Below, in pieces: positions 51,202 to 64,000 of a DNA stretch of 64,000 bases (position 1 is the first letter of the stretch; every line of letters starts with the position of its first letter). Position numbers and translations under genes: made by a program. The stretch spans positions 18,910,001-18,974,000 of the forward strand of contig OX597834.1 of assembly GCA_951406725.2 (NCBI GenBank). The letters are read 5' to 3'. The notes below the pieces were generated by a model, which was not told the DNA's origin, searched no databases, and was given only the letters and a program-made list of their open reading frames with translations. The DNA comes from Octopus vulgaris (taxonomy: Eukaryota).

Positions 51202-51983
51202 AAATATAACGGTGAAAACCAACTGTACAATATGTGACATGGTTATTTGGTAGGTCGCATTGAATTGATATGATATGCACAAGCTTACAGTAAAGTCAGG
51301 TGATTGGCTATTTGAAGAAGGAATAACTCATTGCTAACAACAATACCAACTTCATGTCAATGATAGCATTTAGCTTTTGATTTTTTTGCATTGATACGAA
51401 GCAAGACAAAATGTTCTTTCAAAATAATGCTGGGTTTTGTGTTGCAGAATAACCTCTGTGATTCAAGAACACAACTTCATTATTATTGATAAATCTGTTT
51501 TCCTTACTCCATGGAACCACTTATTGACTAAGCTGTTCTTGTTAAATACAGAACTGTATTTAGATTAATCATCTACTTCACAGTAATGCCATAAGCAAAT
51601 TGGATTCCAATAATTTTAGGATTATTGTCTTTTTTTTTTTTTTTCATTTGCTATTATTCATTTTCCACTATTTTGTTTGAGAATAACTTTTTAATAATTC
51701 TTCTATAAAGTAACAAGATTTGAAATGGAAGATATAATTGATAAAAATGAAACTCTCTATCGGTATGTGCACTTATAAGTAGATGTGTGCATGTGTGTGA
51801 AATGTGTCTTTATATGTATGATATCAGTATATATATATACACACACACACAAGTATGTATACGAGATATGTTAATGAGGACACATACATGAATTATCAAC
51901 ATATTTGTGAGCCTGTTTGCCTCTTCACATACTTGATTCATGCCTACGTAAATGTGTGAAAAAAGGTTGTATATGAATGCATT

Positions 51984-52017
<34 letters not shown>

Positions 52018-53759
52018 TATATATTTGATCAGGTGTGTACATGTGTACATATGCATGTATATATATATATATTTATCTTTATTTTTGAGTATGCATGTAT
52101 ATGTGCAGATATAGATTATATATCTACATTTGTGTGTGTGTGTGTGTGTGTATGTACATACATCATACATACACACATGCACACACACATATATAAGATT
52201 GTATAAATGAATGTGAGTATATAAATAATGGTGATTGAAACACATTAAATGATATTCTAATTCATCCAATATATTAATGAAGTTTTCTCCTTTCAAAACC
52301 ATTTTACCAAATTTATTTATTTTTTTTCCCCCTGCTTTTAATTCTTTCCTCATAAATTTTCTCCACTCATATCACAAGAAGAAAACGGATCTTCTGAATA
52401 TCTGCTGAAGAATTTCCCTCACACTGCGTTGTGTAACCATAGAAACCTGGAGTGTAAATGTTGCTAGTATACATGCATAGATTTAATATTTGGTTGAATT
52501 CTATAACTTATAAATCTACCTTGCTGAGAGTATATGCCTCTCAGATATAACTGAATTCATAATATACTTGGTTTTGCCATTTACATCAAATAACTAACAC
52601 ACATGCACATACACACATATGTACTCTGTCTCTCTGTCTTTTACACACAACTCTCTCTCACTCTCTCTCTCATTCTTTCTCTCTCTCTCTCCCTCCATCT
52701 CTCTCTTTATATATCTCTCTCTCCCTTATTCATACACGCTGTATTACTCTGATATCAAAATAACTACATGAAAATGTTCTAAACCATAATTTGCAGGTGA
52801 AATGATACATAGACATAATTATTATTATCGGAAGATATACATGTATGTATATGTTTGTGTGTGCGTTTGAATAGGTGATTTATATAATCTGCCTGCGTGT
52901 GTGCATTATGTGTAAATGTTATGTGCATTTGTGGGTGGCGAATGCACATTAACATATGCATTAATGCCTTTGTGTATGTATGCATTGTGTATGCATGTTG
53001 ACATGTATTGCTTCCTTCAGTAAAAGTTAGATTCTTTAAAATCTATACACAATAGCTTCTTGGTTATATTGCTTTTTAAGTGGGAAATGAAGTACAACAG
53101 CTTCAAAAAATTCTTTTCAAACCTGAATGTATGATTGTGTGAATGTAGGCACATCACAGACGTGAATATGGTTGCAGTTAGGAGTTTGCTTGTAAAAGGT
53201 TAATAGTTAAGCTAGCAAACCTGTCACCTGACCTGTTCTTTAATTACACAAATGCAATACAGGAAGGAACCAAGACTTGCTTACCATCCACTCCGCTATC
53301 ATGATTAATGAATGCTGCTGTCACTGAACTCTGCCAGACCTAACTAATTGGACCTGTTGATACAACAGAAAGTGTTTTGCTCTTTGGCAGAGCTTCTAAC
53401 CAGATGCCTAGGCTGTGCAATACTAACAGTACAAATTTAAATATCAATCTCAGTTCTGTAAATTCATCACTTGGTGACAGGGGAATTTTGGTACTCTGTC
53501 TTTTGGGTTTGATAGTGAATGGCAAACAGACTTTTACGTTCAAGTTTAATAGTGTGTGCATGTGTGTAGGGGTTTTCCTTGTTGAAAACATCAAAATCAT
53601 TGTGTTTAGATGGATGTCAATTTGACCTTCAGACTTTTTATTCTTGGAGTCTTTTTCATTCACTTATTTTTCTCTGCTCCCTGATATGATGAAACTCCTA
53701 TATTTTGTTGAAACTATATCAAACATCAGATCCAGTCGCAATCTTTAATGTGAGATACT

Positions 53760-53965
53760 TTGTTGTTGTTTAATCTGCTAGAAATAACAGCTAGAGTTCG
53801 CTCACCAGCATCTTAAAAAAATAAATGAGAAGAAAATTTTATGACTACATTGCAAAATGTAAAGTTAGAGGCATGATGGCTGGAAAAAGGACAGCATGGT
53901 CATGACGGGACCACTTTTGGTCATATGCCTGATCAGTCAGGGCTTACCTAGGGTTAAACAACAAG
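53760..53965. mobile_element. Family E repeat
   Basis: ctgctagaaata...tcagggcttacctagggttaaacaacaa; homologues at 33250-33450, 45276-45345 and 63715-63910 in opposite orientation. Confidence 0.55.
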
Positions 53966-55249
53966 ACCAGCCATTCAGTGGTGGCCTGGAACATTTCTAT
54001 TTCTTTTACATCTCTTAATTGAACTACAGAGCCACTATTATATTTTTTGTTAATTTCAAGTTAAAACTCTGTCATGTATATATGTCACCCAAGGTTTGAT
54101 TTTTTCTTTGATTTTTTTATGACATGCCCTAGTCAGAGGAGGATGAAGTGTTCCATAGCCTTTGAGACTGGTAGGAGAAAGTTATGTCCTAGCCCAAGGC
54201 CGTGGTTGACTGTAGGCTGTGGTAAAAGACACCCAAACTATTATCTACACGAATTGAACCAAAACCATTTAGTTAAAAAGTGATTTTCTTAATCACACAA
54301 CCATATCCATGCCTATATGAAAGACCAAGAGAGAAGTCTGGTTTGTTACAAGCAACATTTTCAGATAGTTTAGTATTAATTCTCAATAATAATATGTGTT
54401 GAATTTATTTTGCTGTCTAAATATGCAACAGAACCCTTGCAATGGATTTGAACTTGTAGATGTTTAAGCCAATAATCCAATACCTTGTTCACTCAAGTCA
54501 TTTAATTTTATTTTCTAGAAATAGGCTGTAATTCAATATGAAAGAATGACGATGTCAAAACAATAAACAAAAGCTTATTTCTTCAAAAGCCATGAAATCA
54601 TAACTAAGTATATGGTACAACAATGCATTCTCCACATTAAAAGTTGTGTTTCCTCAACAATTATGTATTTTCAAATTTTTTTCCTGTGAAAAAATTTTGA
54701 TAAATGTTAGTTCTTTTGAGTTTAATAGCTTTTAGATTCACTTATAGATTTGCGAACAATTTTGTGGCACTGTAAAACAATGTTGTTACAGAAAACAATA
54801 TTTAAAAGCTTTTTAAATAATATCAAATTATTTTTTTCCATTTTAAAAAATCTTTCAACATCTTCCTCCTCATTACCATTGTCAGTTTATCTCTTATTTT
54901 CCTTGATGTTGCAAGTTGATAGGTTTTAAGCACTTCATGTTCATTCTGTATCATTTCCTTATTGAGACCGAATGTTTTCAGGTTTGATAGAATTATTTCA
55001 GCTTGGAACTATGACTAACTTCAATAGCTTCCAAAATAAATTTCAATTTGTTTACCAAACATACATCATCCAATTGTATTCGTATCCTGCCTCAGTATTC
55101 TTACAGTTGTTCCTACTAACAAAAATTTTTAGAGCACTCACACACACACACATTACATATAGATGCACACTAACAGTATTTACTATCCCTGCTGGTAATT
55201 GCTGCTAGTGTGTGTGTATGTGTGTGGGTATATATATCTTTTATTTTTT

Positions 55250-55585
55250 CTTTCACTTTTCCTTGTTTCAGTCATTAGACTGTGGCCATGATGGGGCACC
55301 ACTTTCAAGAATTTTAGCTGAATGAATCCACCCCAGTACTTCTTATTTTTTTTAAGCATCGTACTTATTCTATCAGTTACTTTGGCTGAACTGCTAAGTT
55401 ATGGAGATGTAAACACACCAACACTGGTTGTCAAGTGGTGGTGGGGAACAAGCACAAAGACACACTCTCTCTCTTTCACTCACACATATATACATGATGT
55501 GTTTCTTCCAGTTTCCATCTACCAAATACACTCAGAAGGGTTTGGTCAGCTTGAGGCTATAGTAGAAGACATTTTCTCAAGGTTA
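55250..55585 (-). mobile_element. Family A SINE lacking head
   Basis: Reverse complement of tail and core. Confidence 0.85.
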
Positions 55586-55841
55586 TATATACGTATACAT
55601 GCTATTATGTGTATCATCAATACATTAATATATTTATATATTTATAACTAAAATAAATACAATTCCATGAATTCCTTATATTTTGAATAAATTAATTTAA
55701 AATGTTATGACAACCATAAGTTGGGCCAACAGAAATTTTATATCCAAACAAGTCAAAATGTTTTAGCTTACACTTTATAAAAATTCAGTTTCCCTACAAA
55801 AATGTGCATGTGTATAAAATACACACACACACACACACAAA

Positions 55842-56040
55842 CATGATAGATCGTTAGCCACTACACACATTTTTTTCTCTCATTGTTTCTCTCCTTGTTT
55901 TTTCTGTGTCCCTTTCTGTAGAAGAGCGTAGGCTTGAAACGTAAAAGACTTTTTCTATTCCTGAGCATTATACTAATATATCTGTTTGTTTTGTACACCA
56001 CCTGTCTTCGTCTTTTGTTTTTTTCGTAAAGTCTCCCTAT
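55842..56040 (+). mobile_element. Penelope-like remnant with minimal hammerhead-like motif (55912-55947)
   Basis: cttt ctgtaga a gagc gtag gctt gaaac gt a aaag; ends at a TA run. Confidence 0.55.
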
Positions 56041-56994
56041 TTATATATACATATATCACAGTATCAACTAAACAATTGAATGTTATAGACTGTTGGTCAC
56101 AATGTTCTTCCTCACATTGTTGTAGCTTCCAAATGATGTCACTTTATAAAACTGTATATATGAACTAAAATAAATTTTACTATTTATTTTCAGGTAAAAC
56201 AAGCTCCTTTCTTTTCAACATATGGCATCAGTTTAAATAATTACTCGAAAGAAATTGTTTTTCTAATTAGTAAATTTCACCATCCATTATAGAACTTGTG
56301 AGGTATGTGATAATTTTAGTCCCTTTATTTCAGAACAAAGAAAGTAACAGAAAATAGTACACATTCCACAGTCTTCTCATTGCCAAGCTGCACTGTTATG
56401 CAACATTTTGGCTTCCTAGTTACTAAACCGTAGCTAGCAACATGGAGCATACTCACGTTCACCTTTCTGTATTACAACACACACAATTCATACACACAAA
56501 TATATACTGGGTGTTTCAAAAGTACCTTCAATACTTGACTGACATATAACATTTTTACCTTTTATAATGCCACAAATTTGTTTCTGTATATTTTTAGCAT
56601 TCTCTTTGTTATTTTCTCCCATGTGTGTGTGTGTGTATGTACATATATAATACATATCCATATATGGACAAATATGCATGCACACACACAAATCATTTAT
56701 ATATATATATATATATATATATTTTGTGAAATAGAAAGATGAATAATCTTGTTGCAGATTACTCAAAAGTTTAACCGATACCTTGGTAGCAAAAATCACA
56801 GCAGAAGACTGTATATATATATTATAAATAGATGAGTGTATTTTTACCTTGTTAACAATTAACACGGAAAAAATAAATAAATATCGTTTCGAAAATTCCA
56901 CTGATACTATTCTTTTGAATAGTATTATTCTTTTCGAAACATGTGTCGAAAGTAAAAATATTTGATTACACCTGCGTTAAACTCCATTTATTTA

Positions 56995-57048
<54 letters not shown>

Positions 57049-57296
57049 CAATAATAAATCTCGGAACGAGGTATAGACAGTAACTGCACAACAATGTGAG
57101 GTATATTTGCCATCTCAATATGGCTAACCACTAAGAGTGGGTTTTACTGTAGCATGTAGCCCCAGGAGAACATCTCCTCCAGCTGGTTATAGGCACACTT
57201 TCTGTGCCCTATCGGTATTTGCAAAGGGAGGTCATCCTTCCCTCGTCAACCTAAGTGATATATATAGCCATACTTGTGCCTATATATATATATATA

Positions 57297-57985
57297 GGCA
57301 CAAGTATGGCTGTGTGGTAAGAAGCTTGCTTCCCAACCACATGGTTTTGGATTCAGTCCCACTGCATGACATATTGAGCAAGTGTCTTCTACTATAGCCT
57401 TGGGCCAGCGAAAGCCTTGTGAACAGACTTGGTAGATGAAAACTGAAAGAAGCCTGTCATGTAAATAGGAGTATATGTAGATATATTTATGTGAGTGTGT
57501 GTCTGTATGTGTCCCTCTACCATCACTTGACAACTGATGGTGGTGTACTTATTCTTTCAGTCTCTTTTGCTGAAACGCTAAGCTTGTTTTTGTCTAAGGG
57601 TGGGTAGACAAAAACATACACATATAGATAATACATATATGTGTGTGTGTATATATATATATAAATATATATATATGTTTAAGATGTGTTTCTTTTAGTC
57701 TCTGTCTACCAAATCCACTCAGAAGGCTTTGGTTAGCCTGAGGCTATAATATTAGGTTGTCCCAAAAGTTTGTAAACACTTGCGAAAATTGAATTTTTAC
57801 TCGCCAAGTACTAACAAAAACAACAAAAATCATTCCTCAAAATAAAGACTATTATTTTCCAAGACTTTCTACGAACTTTTGGGACAACCTTATAGAAGAC
57901 ACTAGCTCAACGTGCCATGCAGTGGGACTGAACCATGAATGATGTGGTTGGGATGCAAGCTTCTTTACCATACAGTGGCTCCTGC
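57297..57985. mobile_element. Inverted pair of family A SINEs (+ 57297-57545; - 57546-57985)
   Basis: Sense head and core joined to antisense core and head. Confidence 0.85.
57752..57892. mobile_element. mariner-type MITE nested in SINE A
   Basis: TA-ttaggttgtcccaaaagtt ... aacttttgggacaacctta-TA; splits gaggctata/gaagacac. Confidence 0.88.
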
Positions 57986-58291
57986 ATATATATCTATATC
58001 TTTCTGTATATATATACATATATATATATATATTAATTCATTATTACTATCTTACTACACCTCAATTACACTCACCAAAGTTAAAATGTCAGTACTTCAG
58101 CTTTTGATACTGTGTGTTCTCTACTGGAAATGTAACTTACAAAATTGCCTCAGAAAATTATGTCCTAAAAAATTAACTGATTGTGTAATGGTTTTGATGA
58201 TAATTTGATGGTCCATTAATTGAAGTATTGTCATGTACAATCTAAAAAAAATATTCAAATAAAACTCAGTGTTGTTAAAGCTGTATGTGTG

Positions 58292-58345
<54 letters not shown>

Positions 58346-59000
58346 ATTCTGAATGATTTTTCATGTTTGTATGTGTCTATGTTGATTTCTACATAACATA
58401 CTCTCCGGCATGTTTGCATAAATATATTCCTTTTCTCTGTAGAAATCATTAGTGACTGAAGAACTCATTCTATTAAATTAAATTCATTGATAGATAACTT
58501 GGAACTGAAAGGCAAATATATGTTTATATCTAAACAGAATCTGGGTGCAAATATGAAGCATACAAACCAAGGTAGAACGTAAATGCATTGTGGTCGCTCG
58601 TTTTTTTCAAATCTTTTTCACATCATCTTTATTAAATACAACTTACATCATACACATACATGCATATTATAGTTTTGCGCAGACATGTGAGTGATTGTAT
58701 GTGTATTAGATAGCATATATGAAAACATGTGCACAGTGCCTGTTTCCACATCTAGTTCTTTGCATATATGTATATATATATACACAGCACTTGATATGAA
58801 AACGTACATTTACTAAATGTATACACATGTACACAAACAAAATAAAAAACATAAGCACATACAAAGATTATACATACACTTAGTAAATATGTTTTTATAG
58901 TTAGTGCTGTATATATACCTATATAAATTTCAATGTCTATGCATTTTCTTTATAACTATACATTCTTTTCTATGTGTGTTAACAGGTTATATATTTATAT

Positions 59001-59150
59001 AGGTGCAGGCACATCAAGAAGCTTACTTCCTAACTGCATGGTTCTGGGTTCAGTCCCACTGTGTGGCACCTTGAGCAAGTGGTTTTTACTCTGGTCTTGA
59101 GCCAACCAAAACCTTATGAGTAGATTTGGCAGATGGAACCTGAAAGAAGC

Positions 59151-59160
<10 letters not shown>
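59001..59160 (+). mobile_element. Family A SINE 5' half (tail remnant at ~60000-60080)
   Basis: Head and core up to the TA tract. Confidence 0.8.
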
Positions 59161-59194
<34 letters not shown>

Positions 59195-59375
59195 CTGTAT
59201 TTTAATGTGTACAATGAACACTCGTGTATAAGGAACCCCCTAATTTTGTGGGCTTAAAATTTAGAAAAAAAGTTTTTGTAAGAGATTATAATACTATCAA
59301 TGTATAAGAAACTCCTATATTTTTTTAAATCTAACTTTTGACAAAAAAGGGTCTCTTATACATGTTAAAATGCAG
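59195..59375. mobile_element. Tc1/mariner-superfamily MITE (Tc2/pogo-like TIR)
   Basis: TA-ctgtattttaatgtgta ... tacatgttaaaatgcag-TA. Confidence 0.7.
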
Positions 59376-59555
59376 TATATATATGTGTATATATGTGTGT
59401 GTGTATATATATGTAATAATAATAATAATAATATTAGGAAATAAATCCAAACTTACAGGGAAAAATTAGATTTAGGATAAATCCAATTTTATAGTATAAA
59501 TATATTATATTATATTATATTAAATTAGAGATAAAACCACTATTAGGCAAATCAA

Positions 59556-59587
<32 letters not shown>

Positions 59588-59593
<6 letters not shown>

Positions 59594-59947
59594 AAAGAGG
59601 ACAACAAACATTAAGGCAAAGCAAATATCTCAAGTCATATACATTAGTATTATTGAAAAAAAATTCAGTCTTGCAACTGATTCTGGGATGTCCCAGTGCA
59701 TGGGATATTCTGCCATGGTTTTACGCAAGATTGTACCAAGATTGGAAAGTTGAACTGAATTTTTGTGCTTCTTTTTCCTTCTCTTCCTTCATCTCCTTAT
59801 TCCTTTACTCCTGTCCTCTATGTCATCATTTCATTAATCTGTACTCTTCCCATTTTCCCTATTCTTTTTCCAATAATAATAATAATAATAATGTATATGA
59901 CTTGAGATGTTTGCCTTGCCTTAACGTTTGTTGTCCTCTTTAACAAT
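59588..59947. mobile_element. Element with ~65-bp terminal inverted repeats inserted in (TA)n
   Basis: attgttaaagaggacaacaaac...catatacatta mirrored by taatgtatatg...gttgtcctctttaacaat. Confidence 0.75.
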
Positions 59948-60253
59948 TATATATCCACTATATCGGAAATCTGCAATGGCTCCATAACTACTGTCTTGGC
60001 TAAAAATTCTTCAAGACAGTGCCCCAGCTTGGCCACAGTCTTAAACAACTAGTGACTTAAACAACTGAAAAATAAAAGATGTATGTCATATATGTATAGA
60101 AGAATACCTACCTTTGAGTGTGTGTAGACATATATATGACACAAATAAATATGAATATTCATGCATTTATGTATGTGTAGGTAAGTGTATGTGTGTATAA
60201 ATATGCATAGAAACATATGTATACACACATACATGTGAATATATATATATATA

Positions 60254-60311
<58 letters not shown>

Positions 60312-60367
60312 TGTGTGTTTGTATGTGCATCCTTGCTTTAAACTTAGTACAGTTCACACGTGCGCAC

Positions 60368-60408
<41 letters not shown>

Positions 60409-61169
60409 AATCAATTTCCTGTCTGTGCGTGTGTGGTTATATGTAAATAGGAATTATTGTGCTGCGCCATGTATAAAGTGAAGACAGACAGATATGTGGA
60501 TAGCCTAAGAGATAAAATATAAAATGCAAAGACACAAACATAGAGTGAAGTTAGCTGGTGGTGGGCCAACAGTCATGTTATTTATTGACTATTTATATTT
60601 ATAGTCCAGCTTAAGAGCTTGTATTAGTATTTCTTCAAGACATCCACAATTTATTGTCCTGAAGATATATATACGCGTGTATTGTTACTAAAATTTTTAA
60701 TCCTAATTTCCCAAAAGTCAAAATTTAAAAACTAGCCTGTTACAGTAGAAATAGTTAGCTATTTCTTTATTTAGTGCTGTTTTTATTTTAACCATATATG
60801 TTTTTTGCTTATATTTCTTTTATGTGTGTCTCTGGTATTTTTTAAAACTTGAAATAAATTAATGGTTGTATTTTGAAAGAATCGATATATAGTTTTATTA
60901 CTATTTTTTCCTTTTATAAAAAAAGCAAAGCACTAACTGAAATAAATACATAAAAATGAGATGTGTGCATGTGTATAAATATGTATATATAAATATGTGT
61001 GTGTGTGTGTGTGCATGTGTGTGTGTGTGGTGTATAAAATAACAAAGCAACATAGAATATTTAAAAGTTTTGGAATTAAGGTAAAGTAGTCGTAAACAAA
61101 ATAAACCAACTAGGAGAACCTCTGTAAATTGCTTTCACAAATTCTTGAATGTATTTGGCTTCCTTAGTT

Positions 61170-61300
61170 TACATATGTGTACATATATATATATATACAT
61201 ACATAAATATATATACACAAGTATGTACATATGTATGTGCATTTACATATATACATGCATACATATATATATATACACAAGTATTTACATATGTATGTGC

Positions 61301-61337
<37 letters not shown>

Positions 61338-61373
61338 AGTATGTACATATGTATGTGCATTTATATATACATG

Positions 61374-61404
<31 letters not shown>

Positions 61405-61500
61405 GTATGTGCATATGTATGTGCATTTATATACATACACACATATATATATACATATAGATAGATGTGCATGTGTGTATATAGATACATAAATATATGT
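61170..61500. repeat. Compound minisatellite (caagtatgtacatatgtatgtgcattt + variable TA/CA)
   Basis: Four visible units. Confidence 0.85.
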
Positions 61501-62359
61501 TTATTCAATCATATATTCTTTACACTTATATTTTGTATTGCACATTGGAAATTGTATTCATATATATATACACACACACACACACACAGAGATTTCTTTC
61601 ATATATGTAAATATATGGATATATTACTTTAAACATGTGTGTGTATGTTGCACGACTATATATAAATGATAGTTTGTATTTCACTTTGTCCTTTAAATGG
61701 AATTAGAATGTTTGTGAAACAAGTAAATATCATTTAAGGGTTTGACTTTGTAGACTATAATATTTATAGTTGAAAAATATTTCGTCTAATTTCTGCAGAC
61801 TCATGTGCTTTTAGCTCATGCACACACATGCATATAGTCACACACAGCCATCATGCAGAATTGCTTTTGTTTTTTACTATTAGATGAAAGAAAATAAACT
61901 GTAATAACATAGTTTACTAAATGCATTTTTATCACAAGATCTGGAAACATCTCAAGTTTAAATTTATCCATGTCGACTCTATAACTATTAATTGCAATAA
62001 ATTGTTACAGGAACAATAGTTATAAACTAATGTTCATCATTATATTTTTCGTAGCCATAGGCATGTGTTCTTTTAAGTGAGTTAGGTTAGAGCAGGTTGC
62101 CGTCACCAGTGAAATTGAATTAGTTTCTGGATAGTTTTGTGGAACATAGCAGAGAAAATGTCTCCAGTGAGAGAGGATGATTGTTACTGGGTTACTATGG
62201 AAACTGATGGAGCTCATCAAATATGCATGAGCTCATTGGGAAGTTCGGTTTTCTTGTCAAACTTTTGACAAAACAAATTTTTATTTATAATACATACACG
62301 TATACTACATATCTACAGGCACGTATATACATTTGTGCGCACTAACACATAGTACATGC

Positions 62360-62368
62360 ATATATATA

Positions 62369-62418
<50 letters not shown>

Positions 62419-62532
62419 AACTTATATATATATATACATATACATATATAAACTTATATATATATATACATATATAAACTTATATATATATATATATATA
62501 TATATAAAGTTATATATATATATATATATATA
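62360..62532. repeat. (TA)n with periodic aaactt interruptions
   Basis: Directly visible. Confidence 0.9.
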
Positions 62533-63249
62533 TGATTTGCATGAAAATGAAATAAATAATAATAAAATATATGTATATTCAGAAAACTTTCCATTCATTA
62601 TTGGCACTTTGCAATAAACCAGAAATCTGGATTAAATAGCAGCAGATATGATAGAAATAGATGATTTAGCTGTTTACCTAATTTGCATAAGTAATATTCC
62701 TGGGAACATGAATCAAGTAAAAAATTGACCAACAAGAATTTATACTTTATAGAAAAAGATGAGAATTTTTATTTTTAATTTTCCAATATTGGAAGATACA
62801 GTGCAGTATATAAATACTTCAGAAATTGTAGTGAATTTTCCATCCAAGCATGGAGATCATCCCATTAACTGAATTCTTGCAGGAAGGGAAGGTCCCTGAA
62901 GATTTAATTCAGTGCAGGAGAAATACATCATGTTTAATCAATAAAGAAATAAATAAAAAAAAAAATTAAGATTGATATCTTAAAAAAAATAATGGAGATA
63001 AGGCTGTCACATGTTTGATAATTTATCAAAATTTTGGAAATGAAAATTTCACTGTTAAATATCCATGCTTTATTTAGTATAACTTCTCACAACAATGAAA
63101 TATTCTGATTTTTCTAGCTTTCTCTCTCTCCTGAACTTGTCTTTATTTTTCCGTTAGATGTTTGCTGAGATAAGTTACACTTGTTGAAATACATATATAT
63201 GTATTATATGATAAAATCAGTTAATAATATTATTATATTAATGGTTTCT

Positions 63250-63673
63250 GGTTTTGGTTCAAGGCCAGTCAGTAATTTTTCTAGGGGTTTTGAGTTCGTC
63301 AACTACATTGACCATAGCATAATAAATGGCTCTTTATTTTAGCAGCCCTGAAATGATAAAAGGCAAAGCTGACATAGCCAAAATTTGAACTAACGATGTT
63401 AAAAACCGGAAGAAATACCTATTTCTTTACTACCCACAAGGGGCTAAACACAGAGAGGACAGACAAGGAGATTAAGTCGATTACATCGACCCCAGTGCGT
63501 AACTGGTGCATAATTTATCGACCCCAGTGCGTAACTGGTACTTATTTAATTGACCCCGAAAGAATGAAATGCAAAGTTGACCTCAGCGGAATTTGAACTC
63601 AGAACATAACGGCAGATGAAATACTGTTAAGCGTTTCGTCCGGCATGCTAACGTTTCTGCCAGCTTGCCGCCT
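63250..63673 (-). mobile_element. Young family B SINE (63415-63673) joined to an old B copy (63250-63415)
   Basis: Junction aagaaata-ggtatttc on the minus strand; small internal duplication atcgaccccagtgcgtaactggt. Confidence 0.85.
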
Positions 63674-64000
63674 TAATAATGTAGTTACAGTGGATAAGAT
63701 GAGACAGCTACAAGTGTTGTTTGCATCCAGATCATCTTTGATTGAGCAAATCTATGATCAAAGATATACTAGTTATGATCAACCTGATTTCTCTCTTGCT
63801 TTTTTGTCTCTTCCAGACAATGTATTTGGGACTACATTATTCAGTATATTTTTTCCTTTTAAAATGCTAAGGTGTGATATAAACGAAATTTGGCAGTTAT
63901 TTCTAAGAGATCAAATATTTGCAAAGATGCTCCCTCACTGGCTATTTACATCTGTGGCAGACATGGAAGCTGATGTATGGTTATAGCCAACATAGGAGAT

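Noticed and set aside
56505-56530. Tc1/mariner-like terminus tactgggtgtttcaaaa
   Set aside because: No matching second TIR was found.
62191-62204. RFX X-box-like motif GTTACTATGGAAAC
   Set aside because: The degenerate consensus is expected about once by chance in a window of this size and composition, and there is no promoter context.

Overview
AT-rich eukaryotic (animal) genomic DNA, almost certainly coleoid cephalopod, Octopus-like. This is inferred from recalled repeat families plus abundant (TA)n/(CA)n microsatellites; no database was searched. The window is intronic or intergenic: no complete gene, no rRNA, no true tRNA and no CRISPR. Nearly all listed ORFs are translations of microsatellites or SINEs. 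Main content: (i) several tRNA-head SINE families, labelled here A, B, D and F, plus an unclassified repeat E; (ii) a 5'-truncated (GAT)n-tailed retroposon family C with internal hairpin repeats; (iii) CR1-group LINE 3' fragments, one sharing its 3' stem-loop with SINE A; (iv) piggyBac-like TTAA, mariner/Tc-like TA and hAT-like MITEs, and a Helentron-associated element; (v) Penelope-like remnants carrying minimal hammerhead-ribozyme motifs. Most notable: a 226-bp fold-back insertion containing a minimal hammerhead with a swapped G3:C8 core pair; a 101-bp target-site duplication; a LINE-SINE partner pair; tail-swapped modular SINEs; and a SINE unit integrated as if from a circle. Two weak minus-strand exon candidates are noted. 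Coordinates were counted by hand and may be off by a few bases.
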